Source of the DNA: an uncultured Clostridia bacterium
GTDB taxonomy: Bacteria > Bacillota > Clostridia > TANB77 > CAG-508
DNA length: 34,966 nucleotides
Direction of reading: 5' to 3'
Assembly (NCBI GenBank): GCA_944393335.1
Contig: CALXZV010000002.1
Coordinates: forward strand, 1-34,966
The notes under the pieces were generated by a model. It searched no databases and was not told the DNA's origin. It saw nothing but the letters and a program-made list of their open reading frames with translations. A program made the position numbers and the translations under genes. This document shows positions 18,089 to 27,293 of this stretch, piece after piece (within the stretch, counting starts at the first letter, position 1; each line of letters opens with the position of its first letter).

Positions 18089-20401
18089 TTATTTTACCCT
18101 TTTTACAACTGCTTCTTTTACTTTTCTATCCATTCCTGTTTGTTTTATTTTTTTCATTATACCTGTTTTTTGCAAGAATTTAATAAATCCTCTCCATATT
18201 GGATTCTGCCATAATTCATCTTTTAATCTTTGAGTTTTTTCTTCATAAAATTCTCCATTAACACCAACTCCACCTTTAGTAGAAAAATAATTTCTTTGGT
18301 CTAATTGATTATATAGCATTAAATATTGACTATATAATTCCCTATATTTTTCACAGTCTTGTCCTATTTTACTACCTTCTTGTATTAGAGAATTTATTTC
18401 ATTTGTCATTGTTATTATCATATTTTTTATAGTAAAGCCTTCAAGTATTTTTTCTCTGCATCTTTCTTTCATTTTTTCATAGTTTTTAGAATTTAACACT
18501 TTTAACAAAGCATTTGCATATCTTTCTATCTCTTCATTTGAATAATTTTCTTTAAACAAGTCTTTTTGACTTTGTAAATTATCTACAATTACACCACAAG
18601 ATGAATCTATAAGTTCTTTTTGACCTCCAACATTTGCTGACACAACAGGTCTTTTCATTGCCATTGCTTCATAGGTTGTAAGTGTTAGTCCCTCACTTAA
18701 AGAACATATTAACTCAACATTACATGCTTTATAAAAAGGTTTAACATTATTTTTGCTTCCAAAGAAAACTATATTGCCATTTAATTCTAGTTTGTCTGCA
18801 AGACTTTTCATATTTTTTAACTTATCTCCATCACCTACAACAAACATTACAACATTATTATCTGACTCGCAAACCTTTTTTAGAATTCTGATAGCTAGCA
18901 TTGGCCTTTTTTCAGCTGCAATTCTACAACAATATAAGATTATTTTTTTGTTTTTATACTTTTCATATTCTTTTGCCAAATCCTCATCATCTTCTATATT
19001 TACCTTATCTTCATCAAATTCATTTTCATCTACTCCTATATATACTGGCATAACATTATCTGTTGTTCTTCCCATTTTGTTTGTCATTTCTGTTTTAAGA
19101 TATTTTGTACAAGTATACGTTTTATCTAGTAAACCTGCTATTGCTGTTGAGTCCCTAGGATATTCCCCATTTCTCCAACTCCAATTTTCTGCATGCACAT
19201 AATCTACAAATGGTACATTAGGAAAATATGATTTTAGCCATGGTATAACATAATATCCAAAATAACTATGTGACTCAAATACTAAGTCAATATTTCTAGT
19301 TTTCATTAAATAATGTATAAAAGCTGGCCAATCTTTTCTATGTAAAAATGAAGTTAAATCAAATACTGTAGCATATTTTTCAAATTTCTGTCTCCAAACA
19401 TAATCACATGGTTCTGTTGTTATTATTGTAATATTATACTTACTTTGATCCATATTAGAGATTAAATCATAATTAAATTTATCTGCTCCTCCTAGTTTAA
19501 ACCAAGGAAAAATAAATAATATATTTTTCTTATTTTGGTTTGTTATAACTCCACCTTTCCAATCAAAAGTGTATGGATAAGAATCATAATAAAAATCTGT
19601 AGACATTGGATATTGAAGAGCCACTACATTTTCTTTTATTTTTTTTGCTTGTTTTTTTATTTCTTCTTCAGCATGCTTTTGTCTTTCTTTGTTTTGCTTA
19701 ATTGAGGCCATTGTGCCTCCCTCTTTTTTCTGTCTATACCAAAATGCATAATAATTCATTCTTACTGGATAATGGCCTTTTTCAATTAGCCTTAACCATA
19801 AATGCCAATCTTCATGCACATCTTTGTCGACTGCTCCATATCCCCCTGCATCTATTAGTGCTTGTTTTTTTATTAATGAACAAACTGGAAGAATATTTTC
19901 TTTTTTTTCTTGTTCACAATCAAACACTTTTTTCCATAAAAAATTCTGACCGTCAAAAGTAACTGTATCACCGTAAGCCCAAGTTGCATCAGGATTAGTT
20001 TTCATAGTAAAGTATGCACATTCTAAATATGTTTTATCTATCATATCATCTGAATCTAAAATAAACACCAAATCACAATTTGCTTTTTTAATGGCATTAT
20101 CTCTAGCCTCAAGTCTTCCAGCATTTTTTTGATTATACACATGAATTCTTTCATCCATTTTTTCTATTTTGTCAAGTAGGTCTTTTGTACCTTTTTCAGT
20201 AGAACCATCATTCATTATGATCCATTCCCAATAAGGAAATGTTTGATTTAAAATAGAGTTTGCAGTTTGCTCAATATATTTTGCACAATTATAATAAGCT
20301 GTAATTATACTTATTAATGGCTTTTCTTTAGCTTTTGGACGATTTTTATCTAAACTTTCTCCTGGAATTTGTTTAAAATTAAAATCTTCGTTTTTTTCCA
20401 T
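18089..20401 (-). CDS. Bifunctional glycosyltransferase: N-terminal GT2 fused to C-terminal GT4 (GT-B)
   Basis: 770 aa. GT2 part: ISIITAYYNCAKYIEQTANSILNQT, NDGS, LDSDD. GT-B part: ILFIFPWFKLGGADKF, then EGLTLTTYEAMAMKRPVVSANVGGQKELI (an EX7E-type motif). SD AAAGGAAAA lies 7 nt upstream of the ATG. Confidence 0.8.
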   Translation of the reverse strand: MEKNEDFNFKQIPGESLDKNRPKAKEKPLISIITAYYNCAKYIEQTANSILNQTFPYWEWIIMNDGSTEKGTKDLLDKIEKMDERIHVYNQKNAGRLEARDNAIKKANCDLVFILDSDDMIDKTYLECAYFTMKTNPDATWAYGDTVTFDGQNFLWKKVFDCEQEKKENILPVCSLIKKQALIDAGGYGAVDKDVHEDWHLWLRLIEKGHYPVRMNYYAFWYRQKKEGGTMASIKQNKERQKHAEEEIKKQAKKIKENVVALQYPMSTDFYYDSYPYTFDWKGGVITNQNKKNILFIFPWFKLGGADKFNYDLISNMDQSKYNITIITTEPCDYVWRQKFEKYATVFDLTSFLHRKDWPAFIHYLMKTRNIDLVFESHSYFGYYVIPWLKSYFPNVPFVDYVHAENWSWRNGEYPRDSTAIAGLLDKTYTCTKYLKTEMTNKMGRTTDNVMPVYIGVDENEFDEDKVNIEDDEDLAKEYEKYKNKKIILYCCRIAAEKRPMLAIRILKKVCESDNNVVMFVVGDGDKLKNMKSLADKLELNGNIVFFGSKNNVKPFYKACNVELICSLSEGLTLTTYEAMAMKRPVVSANVGGQKELIDSSCGVIVDNLQSQKDLFKENYSNEEIERYANALLKVLNSKNYEKMKERCREKILEGFTIKNMIITMTNEINSLIQEGSKIGQDCEKYRELYSQYLMLYNQLDQRNYFSTKGGVGVNGEFYEEKTQRLKDELWQNPIWRGFIKFLQKTGIMKKIKQTGMDRKVKEAVVKRVK

Positions 20402-20486
20402 TCTTTTTCCTTTCTAACATCCTTTTTATTTCTTAGTTTGAAATATAAATTTGAAATATTTGCAATTCATAAAATTTATATTCCAA

Positions 20487-21275
20487 TTATAGTTCTTCCG
20501 CAAACTTCTTTTGAAGTTTGTTAAATATTAAATATCCAATTATACATATTGCAATTCCAATTGCTAATACTACAAGTAAGTTAGTAATGTTTGGCATAGT
20601 TGGTTGCCAAAAAATATCTCTATAGCCTTCTATTATGTATGTCATAGGATTTAATTTCAATATCCACCTAAAGTTTGCTGGTATAACATCTACTGCATAC
20701 ACAATTGGTGTTGCATAGAAAAACAATTGTAAAAGTACTCCTATAAAATGTTGTAAATCTCTAAAATATACCGTAACACTTGATACAATTAGTGATATTC
20801 CAAGTAGTAACACATATTGCACTAGCAAAACTAATGGATAAAATAATATATATAATATGTTTAAATATACCCCATATCCTAAGGCAAATAATAATATTAA
20901 TATTGATGAAATCAGAAAATTTACTGTTTCACTTGTTACTAATGATAAAGGCAATATTTCTCTTGGAAAATATACCTTTTTAATTATGTTACCATTTTCA
21001 ATCATTACAAATGATGCTCTATTTATAACTGTTGAAAAATAATTCCATGGGATAAGACCACAAACCATGAATACTACATAATTTGGTATATCACTTTTCA
21101 TTATAAGTGGGAATATTATTGCATAAACTATAATTTGTAAAAGTGGATTTACAAATGACCAAAGTACACCTAAGAATGAATTTTTGTACTTTCCACCAAT
21201 ATCTTTTTTTATGCTAGTTTTTAACAATTCTCTATAATCATATATTCTTTTAAAAATATTCATAAATAATTTCAT
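20487..21275 (-). CDS. ABC-2 type polysaccharide/teichoic-acid exporter permease (Wzm/TagG-like)
   Basis: 262 aa with 6 TM helices. The N-terminus YDYRELLKTSIKKDIGGKYKNSFLGVLWSFVNPLLQ is the characteristic Wzm/TagG signature. Confidence 0.87.
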   Translation of the reverse strand: MKLFMNIFKRIYDYRELLKTSIKKDIGGKYKNSFLGVLWSFVNPLLQIIVYAIIFPLIMKSDIPNYVVFMVCGLIPWNYFSTVINRASFVMIENGNIIKKVYFPREILPLSLVTSETVNFLISSILILLFALGYGVYLNILYILFYPLVLLVQYVLLLGISLIVSSVTVYFRDLQHFIGVLLQLFFYATPIVYAVDVIPANFRWILKLNPMTYIIEGYRDIFWQPTMPNITNLLVVLAIGIAICIIGYLIFNKLQKKFAEEL

Positions 21276-21343
21276 ATGATAAATCTAAATATAGCTTTTG
21301 CAGTATATTTTTATAAATCATAAGCTCCTTTCTTTATTTTCTA

Positions 21344-22084
21344 TTATGTTGTCTCTTTTAAGTATTCATCTATTACTTTATTAGTCTCTCCATCCATCTT
21401 TATAACACCTTTATTAAGCCAAATCGCTCTATCACAAAGTTCTCTTGCAGAACCCAAGCTATGTGTAACAAATACCATAGTTTTTCCTTCTGCTTTTAAC
21501 TCTTTCATTTTTGCTAAGCACTTTTCTTGGAAATGTTGGTCACCAACAGATAAAATCTCATCAACAAGTAAAATATCTGCATCAACATTTATTGCAACTG
21601 AAAATGCTAGTCTCATATACATTCCAGAAGAATAAGTCCTTACAGGGTTATCTATATAGCTACCAAGCTCTGAAAACTCTATAATTTGGTCAAGCCTTTT
21701 ATCTATTTCTTTTTTGGTTAAACCAAATATAGAAGCATTAAAATATATATTTTCTCTTCCAGAAAAATCAGGGTGAAAGCCTGCACCAAGCTCTAAAAGT
21801 GATGTTAGCTTTCCGTATGTAGTAATTTTTCCTTTATTAGGGTAAATAATTTTGGTCATAAGTTTAAGTAATGTTGATTTTCCGCTTCCGTTAACACCAA
21901 TTAGTGCAACTGCTTCACCATTTTTTATAGTTAAATTTATATCTTTTAATACTTCTCTTGTTTCTTTTCTATTTCTTTTCCAAAAAAGTAGCTTTTCTTT
22001 TATGCTATTTGCCTTGTCCAAATAAACATCAAAAGTTTTATATACATGTTCTACTACTATTCTGTTTTCATTATTTTTTTGCAT
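21344..22084 (-). CDS. ABC exporter ATP-binding protein (Wzt/TagH-like, short form without a C-terminal carbohydrate-binding domain)
   Basis: 246 aa. Walker A GVNGSGKST, signature YSSGMYMRLAF, Walker B ILLVDEILSVGD, H-loop VTHS. Confidence 0.9.
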   Translation of the reverse strand: MQKNNENRIVVEHVYKTFDVYLDKANSIKEKLLFWKRNRKETREVLKDINLTIKNGEAVALIGVNGSGKSTLLKLMTKIIYPNKGKITTYGKLTSLLELGAGFHPDFSGRENIYFNASIFGLTKKEIDKRLDQIIEFSELGSYIDNPVRTYSSGMYMRLAFSVAINVDADILLVDEILSVGDQHFQEKCLAKMKELKAEGKTMVFVTHSLGSARELCDRAIWLNKGVIKMDGETNKVIDEYLKETT

Positions 22085-22207
22085 TTTGTTATCATTCCTT
22101 CCTGAATGCTTATATTTTAGTTTTATTATTCTGTGCTTAAAATTTATGTATTTAAAAAGTTGGACTTATACATTTTTATTAAAATTTTACTAATTAAAAC
22201 TTAATAT

Positions 22208-22236
22208 ATAATATTATAAAATTGTAACAATGTCAA
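22208..22236 (-). promoter_or_regulatory. Candidate sigma-A-type internal promoter upstream of the ABC exporter genes
   Basis: On the minus strand: TTGACA (22236-22231), a 17-nt spacer, then TATTAT (22213-22208). It sits in the 161-nt gap between the GT4 gene and wzt. Sequence match only. Confidence 0.4.
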
Positions 22237-22245
22237 AGCTTTTAT

Positions 22246-23583
22246 CTACTTTTTAAAGATTTTTGCAATTTTATTGGCAACTTTAAACCTTTTACTTTCA
22301 TATACTGCTTTTAATTCATCAAAAGTTTTATTATATTCATTTTGCAAATTATTAACTTCTTCTGTTTTTGCTTTTAAAGATTTTTCTAATTGCACTATTT
22401 TATGCTTGTATTCTTCTTTATTTGTAACTTCATTTTGTATATATTCTTCTTTTCTTGCAAACATTTTAAATACCTCAAATATTGCACATTCATAATTAGG
22501 CTTTATTGGTTCATCAAGGTAAATATTATTTGTAATGTTCAATTTTTCTTTTACGAAATTATAATTTTGTAAAAGATCAATATTAGTATTCTTTATTTTG
22601 CTTGCAAGTTCTATTGGCTCACAACTTTTTAAGTTCTCACCACAAAAACCTTCATCAGCTTCTATTTCTATATTTGATAAATCAATTATCTCTTTTGGCT
22701 TATCATACCCAATATTAACTGCAATTCTTTTCATTGCAATTGCCTCTAATAAAACTCTGTCCAACCCCAAAACAATATCATTTTTATCAATTAAATTGAT
22801 TACATCTTTTTGTTGTCCTAAAAATTCTATTTTATCTTTACTTTTCTTTTCACTTGCATAATTTTTTATTTCTTCTAATTTGTTTCCATCTCCAACTATC
22901 ATTAATTTTTTATTTTCAGAATCATAAACGTCAAATATGTCTATTCCATTTTTTACTGACTGTAGTTTATCTGGCGACATTCTTGAAATTAGTATAAAAT
23001 TATCTTTGGTAGTAACATCTTTTGAAGATTTATATTTATTTAAATCTATACTGTTATGAATAACTTTCATTTTTGACGAGTTAATATTGTATCTATTTTT
23101 GACATATTCTTGTACATATTCTGAAATAGAAATAATTTTTTGTGCATTAGCATAATAAAATGGTAATAATTCTTTAAATATTGGGTAATTCTTTTCATAC
23201 CAATCAAAAGCATTATCTTCATTGTCCTGAACGGATCCTTTAGGATTATGCACATAAGCTACATAAGGTATATTTTTTATTATACAAGCTGGTAAAACAG
23301 ATAATATACAAGGTAATTGATTTATAATTACTTGTTCTATGTTATACTTTTCAATTATTTCAATTATTTTCTTCGTACTTTCAATATTTATATTTTTTTC
23401 TAAGGGAAAATTTATATTTTCATGCTGAATTGCATTATTGTCCAATATTTCACTAAAAACTCCTTTTTTGGAAGCAATTACACAATCAATTTTCTTTCTT
23501 TTATATTCTAAAGCTTGATTTATAACTGAAGTTTCTACTCCACCAATTCCCATTTTTTCAAGACAAATTAATATATTTTTCAT
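22246..23583 (-). CDS. GT4-like glycosyltransferase with a ~75-aa C-terminal coiled-coil extension
   Basis: 445 aa. N-terminus KMGIGGVETSVINQA (GT4 N-domain). C-domain MIVGDGNKLEEIK ... LLEAIAMKRIAV. The tail KEEYKHKIVQLEKSLKAKTEEVNNLQNEYNKTFDELKAVYESKRFK is heptad-like and charged. Confidence 0.7.
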   Translation of the reverse strand: MKNILICLEKMGIGGVETSVINQALEYKRKKIDCVIASKKGVFSEILDNNAIQHENINFPLEKNINIESTKKIIEIIEKYNIEQVIINQLPCILSVLPACIIKNIPYVAYVHNPKGSVQDNEDNAFDWYEKNYPIFKELLPFYYANAQKIISISEYVQEYVKNRYNINSSKMKVIHNSIDLNKYKSSKDVTTKDNFILISRMSPDKLQSVKNGIDIFDVYDSENKKLMIVGDGNKLEEIKNYASEKKSKDKIEFLGQQKDVINLIDKNDIVLGLDRVLLEAIAMKRIAVNIGYDKPKEIIDLSNIEIEADEGFCGENLKSCEPIELASKIKNTNIDLLQNYNFVKEKLNITNNIYLDEPIKPNYECAIFEVFKMFARKEEYIQNEVTNKEEYKHKIVQLEKSLKAKTEEVNNLQNEYNKTFDELKAVYESKRFKVANKIAKIFKK

Positions 23584-23592
23584 TTTTCCACC

Positions 23593-24528
23593 TTATTTAT
23601 TTTTCTTTTTTTTAACATCTTTAGTTTTCTTATTTTGTTTGTCTTCTTTAAACATAGTCTTAGTTTTTATAATCCCTGGTATCCACATTATTGCCACAAT
23701 TATTTTATTTATAACTCCAGTTACATTTCTTATTGCATGATCTCTTTCTGCAAGTACTGCAAATAATATGTAATGTTTGTATATGTAAAGTCTTTTCTTT
23801 AGTGTAACACCACTTAAGTCCATTTCTAATATCTCTTTAAAGTATTCATAATAACCTAAAGGATTTTCTTTAAACACTTTTTGTATATTTTTTGAATATC
23901 CATCCTTTTGGTACTCACATATCATAATCGGCTCATTTATGCATATTACATCGTATTCTAGATCCATTTGATGATACATTCTAGATTCTGTAACAAATTT
24001 TTCGTCTGCTTCTAGTTTATATGAAAACTTTTTTCGAATATTACTATTAAAAGCCAATGCTTTTTCACCTGTTATATTTTCCCTAAAATACAAACTAAAC
24101 ATATCACTTCTGTGCAAATTTTCTGGAAAATTATTTCCCATGTTATTGCCATTTTGATCATATTTAAGAAAAACTAATGCATATATTTCATCTGTAAGTA
24201 CGCTTTCATATTTTTCAATTGTATCAAATGCCCCCACTGTAAAATAATCATCAGAGTCACATTCTATTATTACGTCACCGGTTGCATATCTTACTAAATT
24301 ATTAAGTGCTGCCATTTTTCCTTTGTTTTCTTGGTAATAATATTTTATATTAATAATATTTTGCTTTATAAAATTTGTTACTATATATTTTGTTTTATCT
24401 GTTGAACCATCATCCATAACAAGCCATTCAATATCTACATTTGAATTATTATTAACTAAAAGACTTGTATATAATTTATTTAATTTTTCTCCTCTATTGT
24501 ATGCTGGTGTTAGTATTGATATTTTCAT
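23593..24528 (-). CDS. GT2 glycosyltransferase
   Basis: 311 aa. Motifs ISILTPAYNRGEKL, MDDGSTD and ECDSDD, with a lysine-rich C-terminus. Confidence 0.82.
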   Translation of the reverse strand: MKISILTPAYNRGEKLNKLYTSLLVNNNSNVDIEWLVMDDGSTDKTKYIVTNFIKQNIINIKYYYQENKGKMAALNNLVRYATGDVIIECDSDDYFTVGAFDTIEKYESVLTDEIYALVFLKYDQNGNNMGNNFPENLHRSDMFSLYFRENITGEKALAFNSNIRKKFSYKLEADEKFVTESRMYHQMDLEYDVICINEPIMICEYQKDGYSKNIQKVFKENPLGYYEYFKEILEMDLSGVTLKKRLYIYKHYILFAVLAERDHAIRNVTGVINKIIVAIMWIPGIIKTKTMFKEDKQNKKTKDVKKKKNK

Positions 24529-24590
24529 CCTTATCTCCTAAATTTCTACTCATATGCTTTAAATAGTTTTATTTAAATGTAAATTTTCAT

Positions 24591-25754
24591 TTAAAGTATA
24601 TCTTTTATTTTTCTTATGATTTTTTCTTGTACTTCTTCATTTATATTTTCTAATTTTAAAGCATTTTCATTATTTAAATACTTGATATTATCACTTTTAA
24701 GTTCTTTTTCTAAACCCTTGACTATCCCTTCAAAATTATTATCTAATACTATTGATTTTTTATATCCATTTGCACATTCTTTAGCAGCAGTATTAGTAAG
24801 TATAATTGGTTTATTTAAAATCTTAGCTTCTTCTAATACCATACCATATCCTTCATAATATGAAAGTAAGCAAAAATAATCACAATACTTTATATATGGA
24901 TATGGATTTTCCTTTTGTCCTAATAAAATAAATCTATCTGTTAGGCCTTCCTCATCTATTTCTTTTTGTAGGTTGTATCTTAATGGTCCATCTCCTACAA
25001 TATATATTTTAGTATGTATTCCTCTATCTTCTAAAGCTTTTTGTACTTTTATAAATCTATCTAGTGCTTTTTGTTCAACTAATCTACATACTGTAAGTAA
25101 ATTAATTTCTTTATCTATATATGGAAGTTCTACTTTTTCTTCGGCTTTTTCTAATACTTTTTTATAATCTATATAGTTTCTAATAATTTCTTCATTATCC
25201 TTTTTTGCCCATTTGTATTCTTTATTAAAATCCTTTTGATTTTCTTTACTTACAAATACTAATTTTTTGTATTTTTTATATTCTATTCCATCAACTATTT
25301 TTTTTATTTTAGCCTTTATCCCGCTTCCATATACTTTAGAAATGTCATTATGTATCCAAGCTATATTATTAGTATTTGATTTTACTGCAAATAGCCTTGT
25401 AATAGGTCCTTCTAAAAAAGCTATTTCAGTATCAAAACCTCTTTTCATAATTGCTTCATAAATTTTCTTTTTGTATATTATTAATTTTAATGAAGCTTTT
25501 ATTTTTTCTATTTTAGTTAATTCTTTATATGGCTTTCTATATAAAGCAATTTTTTTAATATTAGAATTTAATTCTTTTTTTAGTTCTCCACCATCATAAA
25601 TTGTAAACACAGTTACGTTATATTCGTAAGAAAGTCTATTTGCTAAATCTACTAATACTCTTTCTGCTCCACCTATTGTTAAACTAGTTATACCAAATAT
25701 TATTTTTTTCAAACTATCACCTCCTAAATGAAAGTTTTTAAATCTAAACATCAT
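24591..25754 (-). CDS. GT4 (GT-B) glycosyltransferase, paralog of 29280-30389
   Basis: Motifs TIGGAERVLVDLAN, IVGDGPLR and YEGYGMVLEEAKILNKPIILT. The likely true start is the TTG at 25712 (LKKIIFGI), with a strong SD AGGAGG 7 nt upstream. The ATG at 25754 has no comparable SD. Confidence 0.8.
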   Translation of the reverse strand: MMFRFKNFHLGGDSLKKIIFGITSLTIGGAERVLVDLANRLSYEYNVTVFTIYDGGELKKELNSNIKKIALYRKPYKELTKIEKIKASLKLIIYKKKIYEAIMKRGFDTEIAFLEGPITRLFAVKSNTNNIAWIHNDISKVYGSGIKAKIKKIVDGIEYKKYKKLVFVSKENQKDFNKEYKWAKKDNEEIIRNYIDYKKVLEKAEEKVELPYIDKEINLLTVCRLVEQKALDRFIKVQKALEDRGIHTKIYIVGDGPLRYNLQKEIDEEGLTDRFILLGQKENPYPYIKYCDYFCLLSYYEGYGMVLEEAKILNKPIILTNTAAKECANGYKKSIVLDNNFEGIVKGLEKELKSDNIKYLNNENALKLENINEEVQEKIIRKIKDIL

Positions 25755-25768
25755 TTAACTACTAATAT

Positions 25769-27280
25769 TTAATATTTTATTATATCTTTTTTATTATCTT
25801 TGAGCAATTTTTCTTTATTAATATTATCTAGAATCATTATACATACTACAGATATTATGGCAATTAATGATGAGTTAAAGAATATGTAACCAGATAAGAA
25901 TGATAATATAATTAAAAGTCCTAATGCTGAAATTGCCATCAAATATGATGTATCTAATTTTTTCTTTAGCCTTTTTATTACATCTATAATGCCAAATATA
26001 AGTATTGCTAAAATTGGGCCTGCATATAGTAAAAAGCCAAATATTCCAAAGTTAAATAATAAACTTGCTAATTCATTTTCCATTACCATTTCTCTAAAGT
26101 TTGCTTCAAATCCATTTCCAAATAATATTCCTAAAATGCTTTTTTGTTCTAACACTAGATAATAATTATACATTAATTGTTGAAGCCTTGTATTATTGCC
26201 TGCTATATTGTGAATAGTTGTATATTCATTAAGTTTTAGTACTGCATTTTGCTGAGCAACAGACATAAAACCATCTTCTAAAGTTCCATCTAATATACTG
26301 TTTTTAATATCTAGCATATCTCCTGTCATGTGTCCTACTTCTCCATTTGCTTCATCAATAATATCATATTGTGATTCATTCATTTGACTTCTTCTTCTTA
26401 AAGTATTTGATCCAACTAAACCAACTGTAATTACTGCTACTGCTAGCAAAATAAATCCTATTATTGCAATCTTATTTTTACTAAGAAATACTTCTAATGC
26501 AATAAAAACTGCTATTGCAATAAAAAATCCTAAAAGCCCAACTCTTGTCCCAATTAATGCTACTAAGAATATTCCAACTAAAATTAAAACTATTATTGTA
26601 GGTATCCTATATTTTTTATCTTTTATTAAAGGTAGTATTAAAAATGTAGATATACAAAGTATCGCACTTAAACTATTTCCTGATTCTATCCATCCCTTAA
26701 ATCCTATTTGTTCTTCTTCATAAGTGTAAGATGATGTGCCTGTAAGTATTGCTATATATATACTTACAATATATATTGCACACATAATTAAAATAGATAC
26801 TCTTAAGTTAAATACCTTTGTATTTTTTTCATTTTTTATAAATATTTCTTTATTTATATTTTCTTTTTTTACCTCTATATTAGCTTTATTATCTTTTCTC
26901 CAATTTTTATTAATAAACACATAATAAAATACTACTAAATTAAATATTAAGAAAGTATAATTTACTACATACTGAAGTTCCTCGAGTATACCACCATAAG
27001 AGCAACCTGTTAAAAAAGTTTTAGTTACTGCTAAATGAACTATACCATATATTAAATATGTAGTAGCAATACCTGATAAAATTAATTTATGCTTTTTATT
27101 TGCCTTTATAAATATGTAAAAACCTAAAATAATTGGAATAATTGGTCTTATAAATGTTGAAATTGATATATTAGTATCAAATGCATTTCTAAATAGAAAA
27201 CTTGCAATATCTAATATTGGGCAAATAATTATGTAGAAGTATATAATATGCTCCATTTTTATTTTTTTTAATTTGTTCAT
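25769..27280 (-). CDS. O-antigen ligase/polymerase-like polytopic protein (Wzy_C / WaaL-like)
   Basis: 503 aa with more than 10 TM helices. LIGTRVGLLGFFIAI resembles the conserved S/T-R-G-x-L helix of the Wzy_C domain. A ~90-aa extracytoplasmic loop (RRRSQMNESQYDIIDEANGEVGHMTGD...) occupies the usual position. A lysine-rich cytoplasmic insert is also present (KNWRKDNKANIEVKKENINKE). Confidence 0.6.
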   Translation of the reverse strand: MNKLKKIKMEHIIYFYIIICPILDIASFLFRNAFDTNISISTFIRPIIPIILGFYIFIKANKKHKLILSGIATTYLIYGIVHLAVTKTFLTGCSYGGILEELQYVVNYTFLIFNLVVFYYVFINKNWRKDNKANIEVKKENINKEIFIKNEKNTKVFNLRVSILIMCAIYIVSIYIAILTGTSSYTYEEEQIGFKGWIESGNSLSAILCISTFLILPLIKDKKYRIPTIIVLILVGIFLVALIGTRVGLLGFFIAIAVFIALEVFLSKNKIAIIGFILLAVAVITVGLVGSNTLRRRSQMNESQYDIIDEANGEVGHMTGDMLDIKNSILDGTLEDGFMSVAQQNAVLKLNEYTTIHNIAGNNTRLQQLMYNYYLVLEQKSILGILFGNGFEANFREMVMENELASLLFNFGIFGFLLYAGPILAILIFGIIDVIKRLKKKLDTSYLMAISALGLLIILSFLSGYIFFNSSLIAIISVVCIMILDNINKEKLLKDNKKDIIKY

Positions 27281-27293
27281 AAACTTGTTCCTT

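Noticed and set aside
19901-19908. Homopolymeric A/T tracts of 8 nt inside coding regions (19901-19908 in the GT2-GT4 fusion; 27262-27269 at the Wzy-like N-terminus) as phase-variation switches
   Set aside because: Runs of 7-8 A/T are frequent throughout this AT-rich, lysine-rich coding sequence. They are short for efficient slippage, and there is no supporting sign such as frameshifted remnants.
20437-20459. Short tandem TTTGAAATAT-AAA-TTTGAAATAT in the gap between the exporter permease gene and the GT2-GT4 fusion gene
   Set aside because: It has only two 10-nt copies of very low-complexity AT-rich sequence, which is compatible with chance. There is no associated structure or motif.
8609-22084. 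Classical wall teichoic acid locus, suggested by the TagO-like gene plus a TagG/TagH-like exporter
   Set aside because: No TagB/TagF-type CDP-glycerol/ribitol phosphotransferase, TagD or TarIJ genes are present. The content is dominated by GT2, GT4 and GT-C enzymes, so a polysaccharide-type polymer is the better reading.
23067-23255. 62-aa minus-strand ORF nested in another frame of the GT4 gene 22246-23583
   Set aside because: It is fully contained within a gene whose main frame carries GT4 motifs throughout. It has no SD and no recognisable features, so it is most likely spurious.
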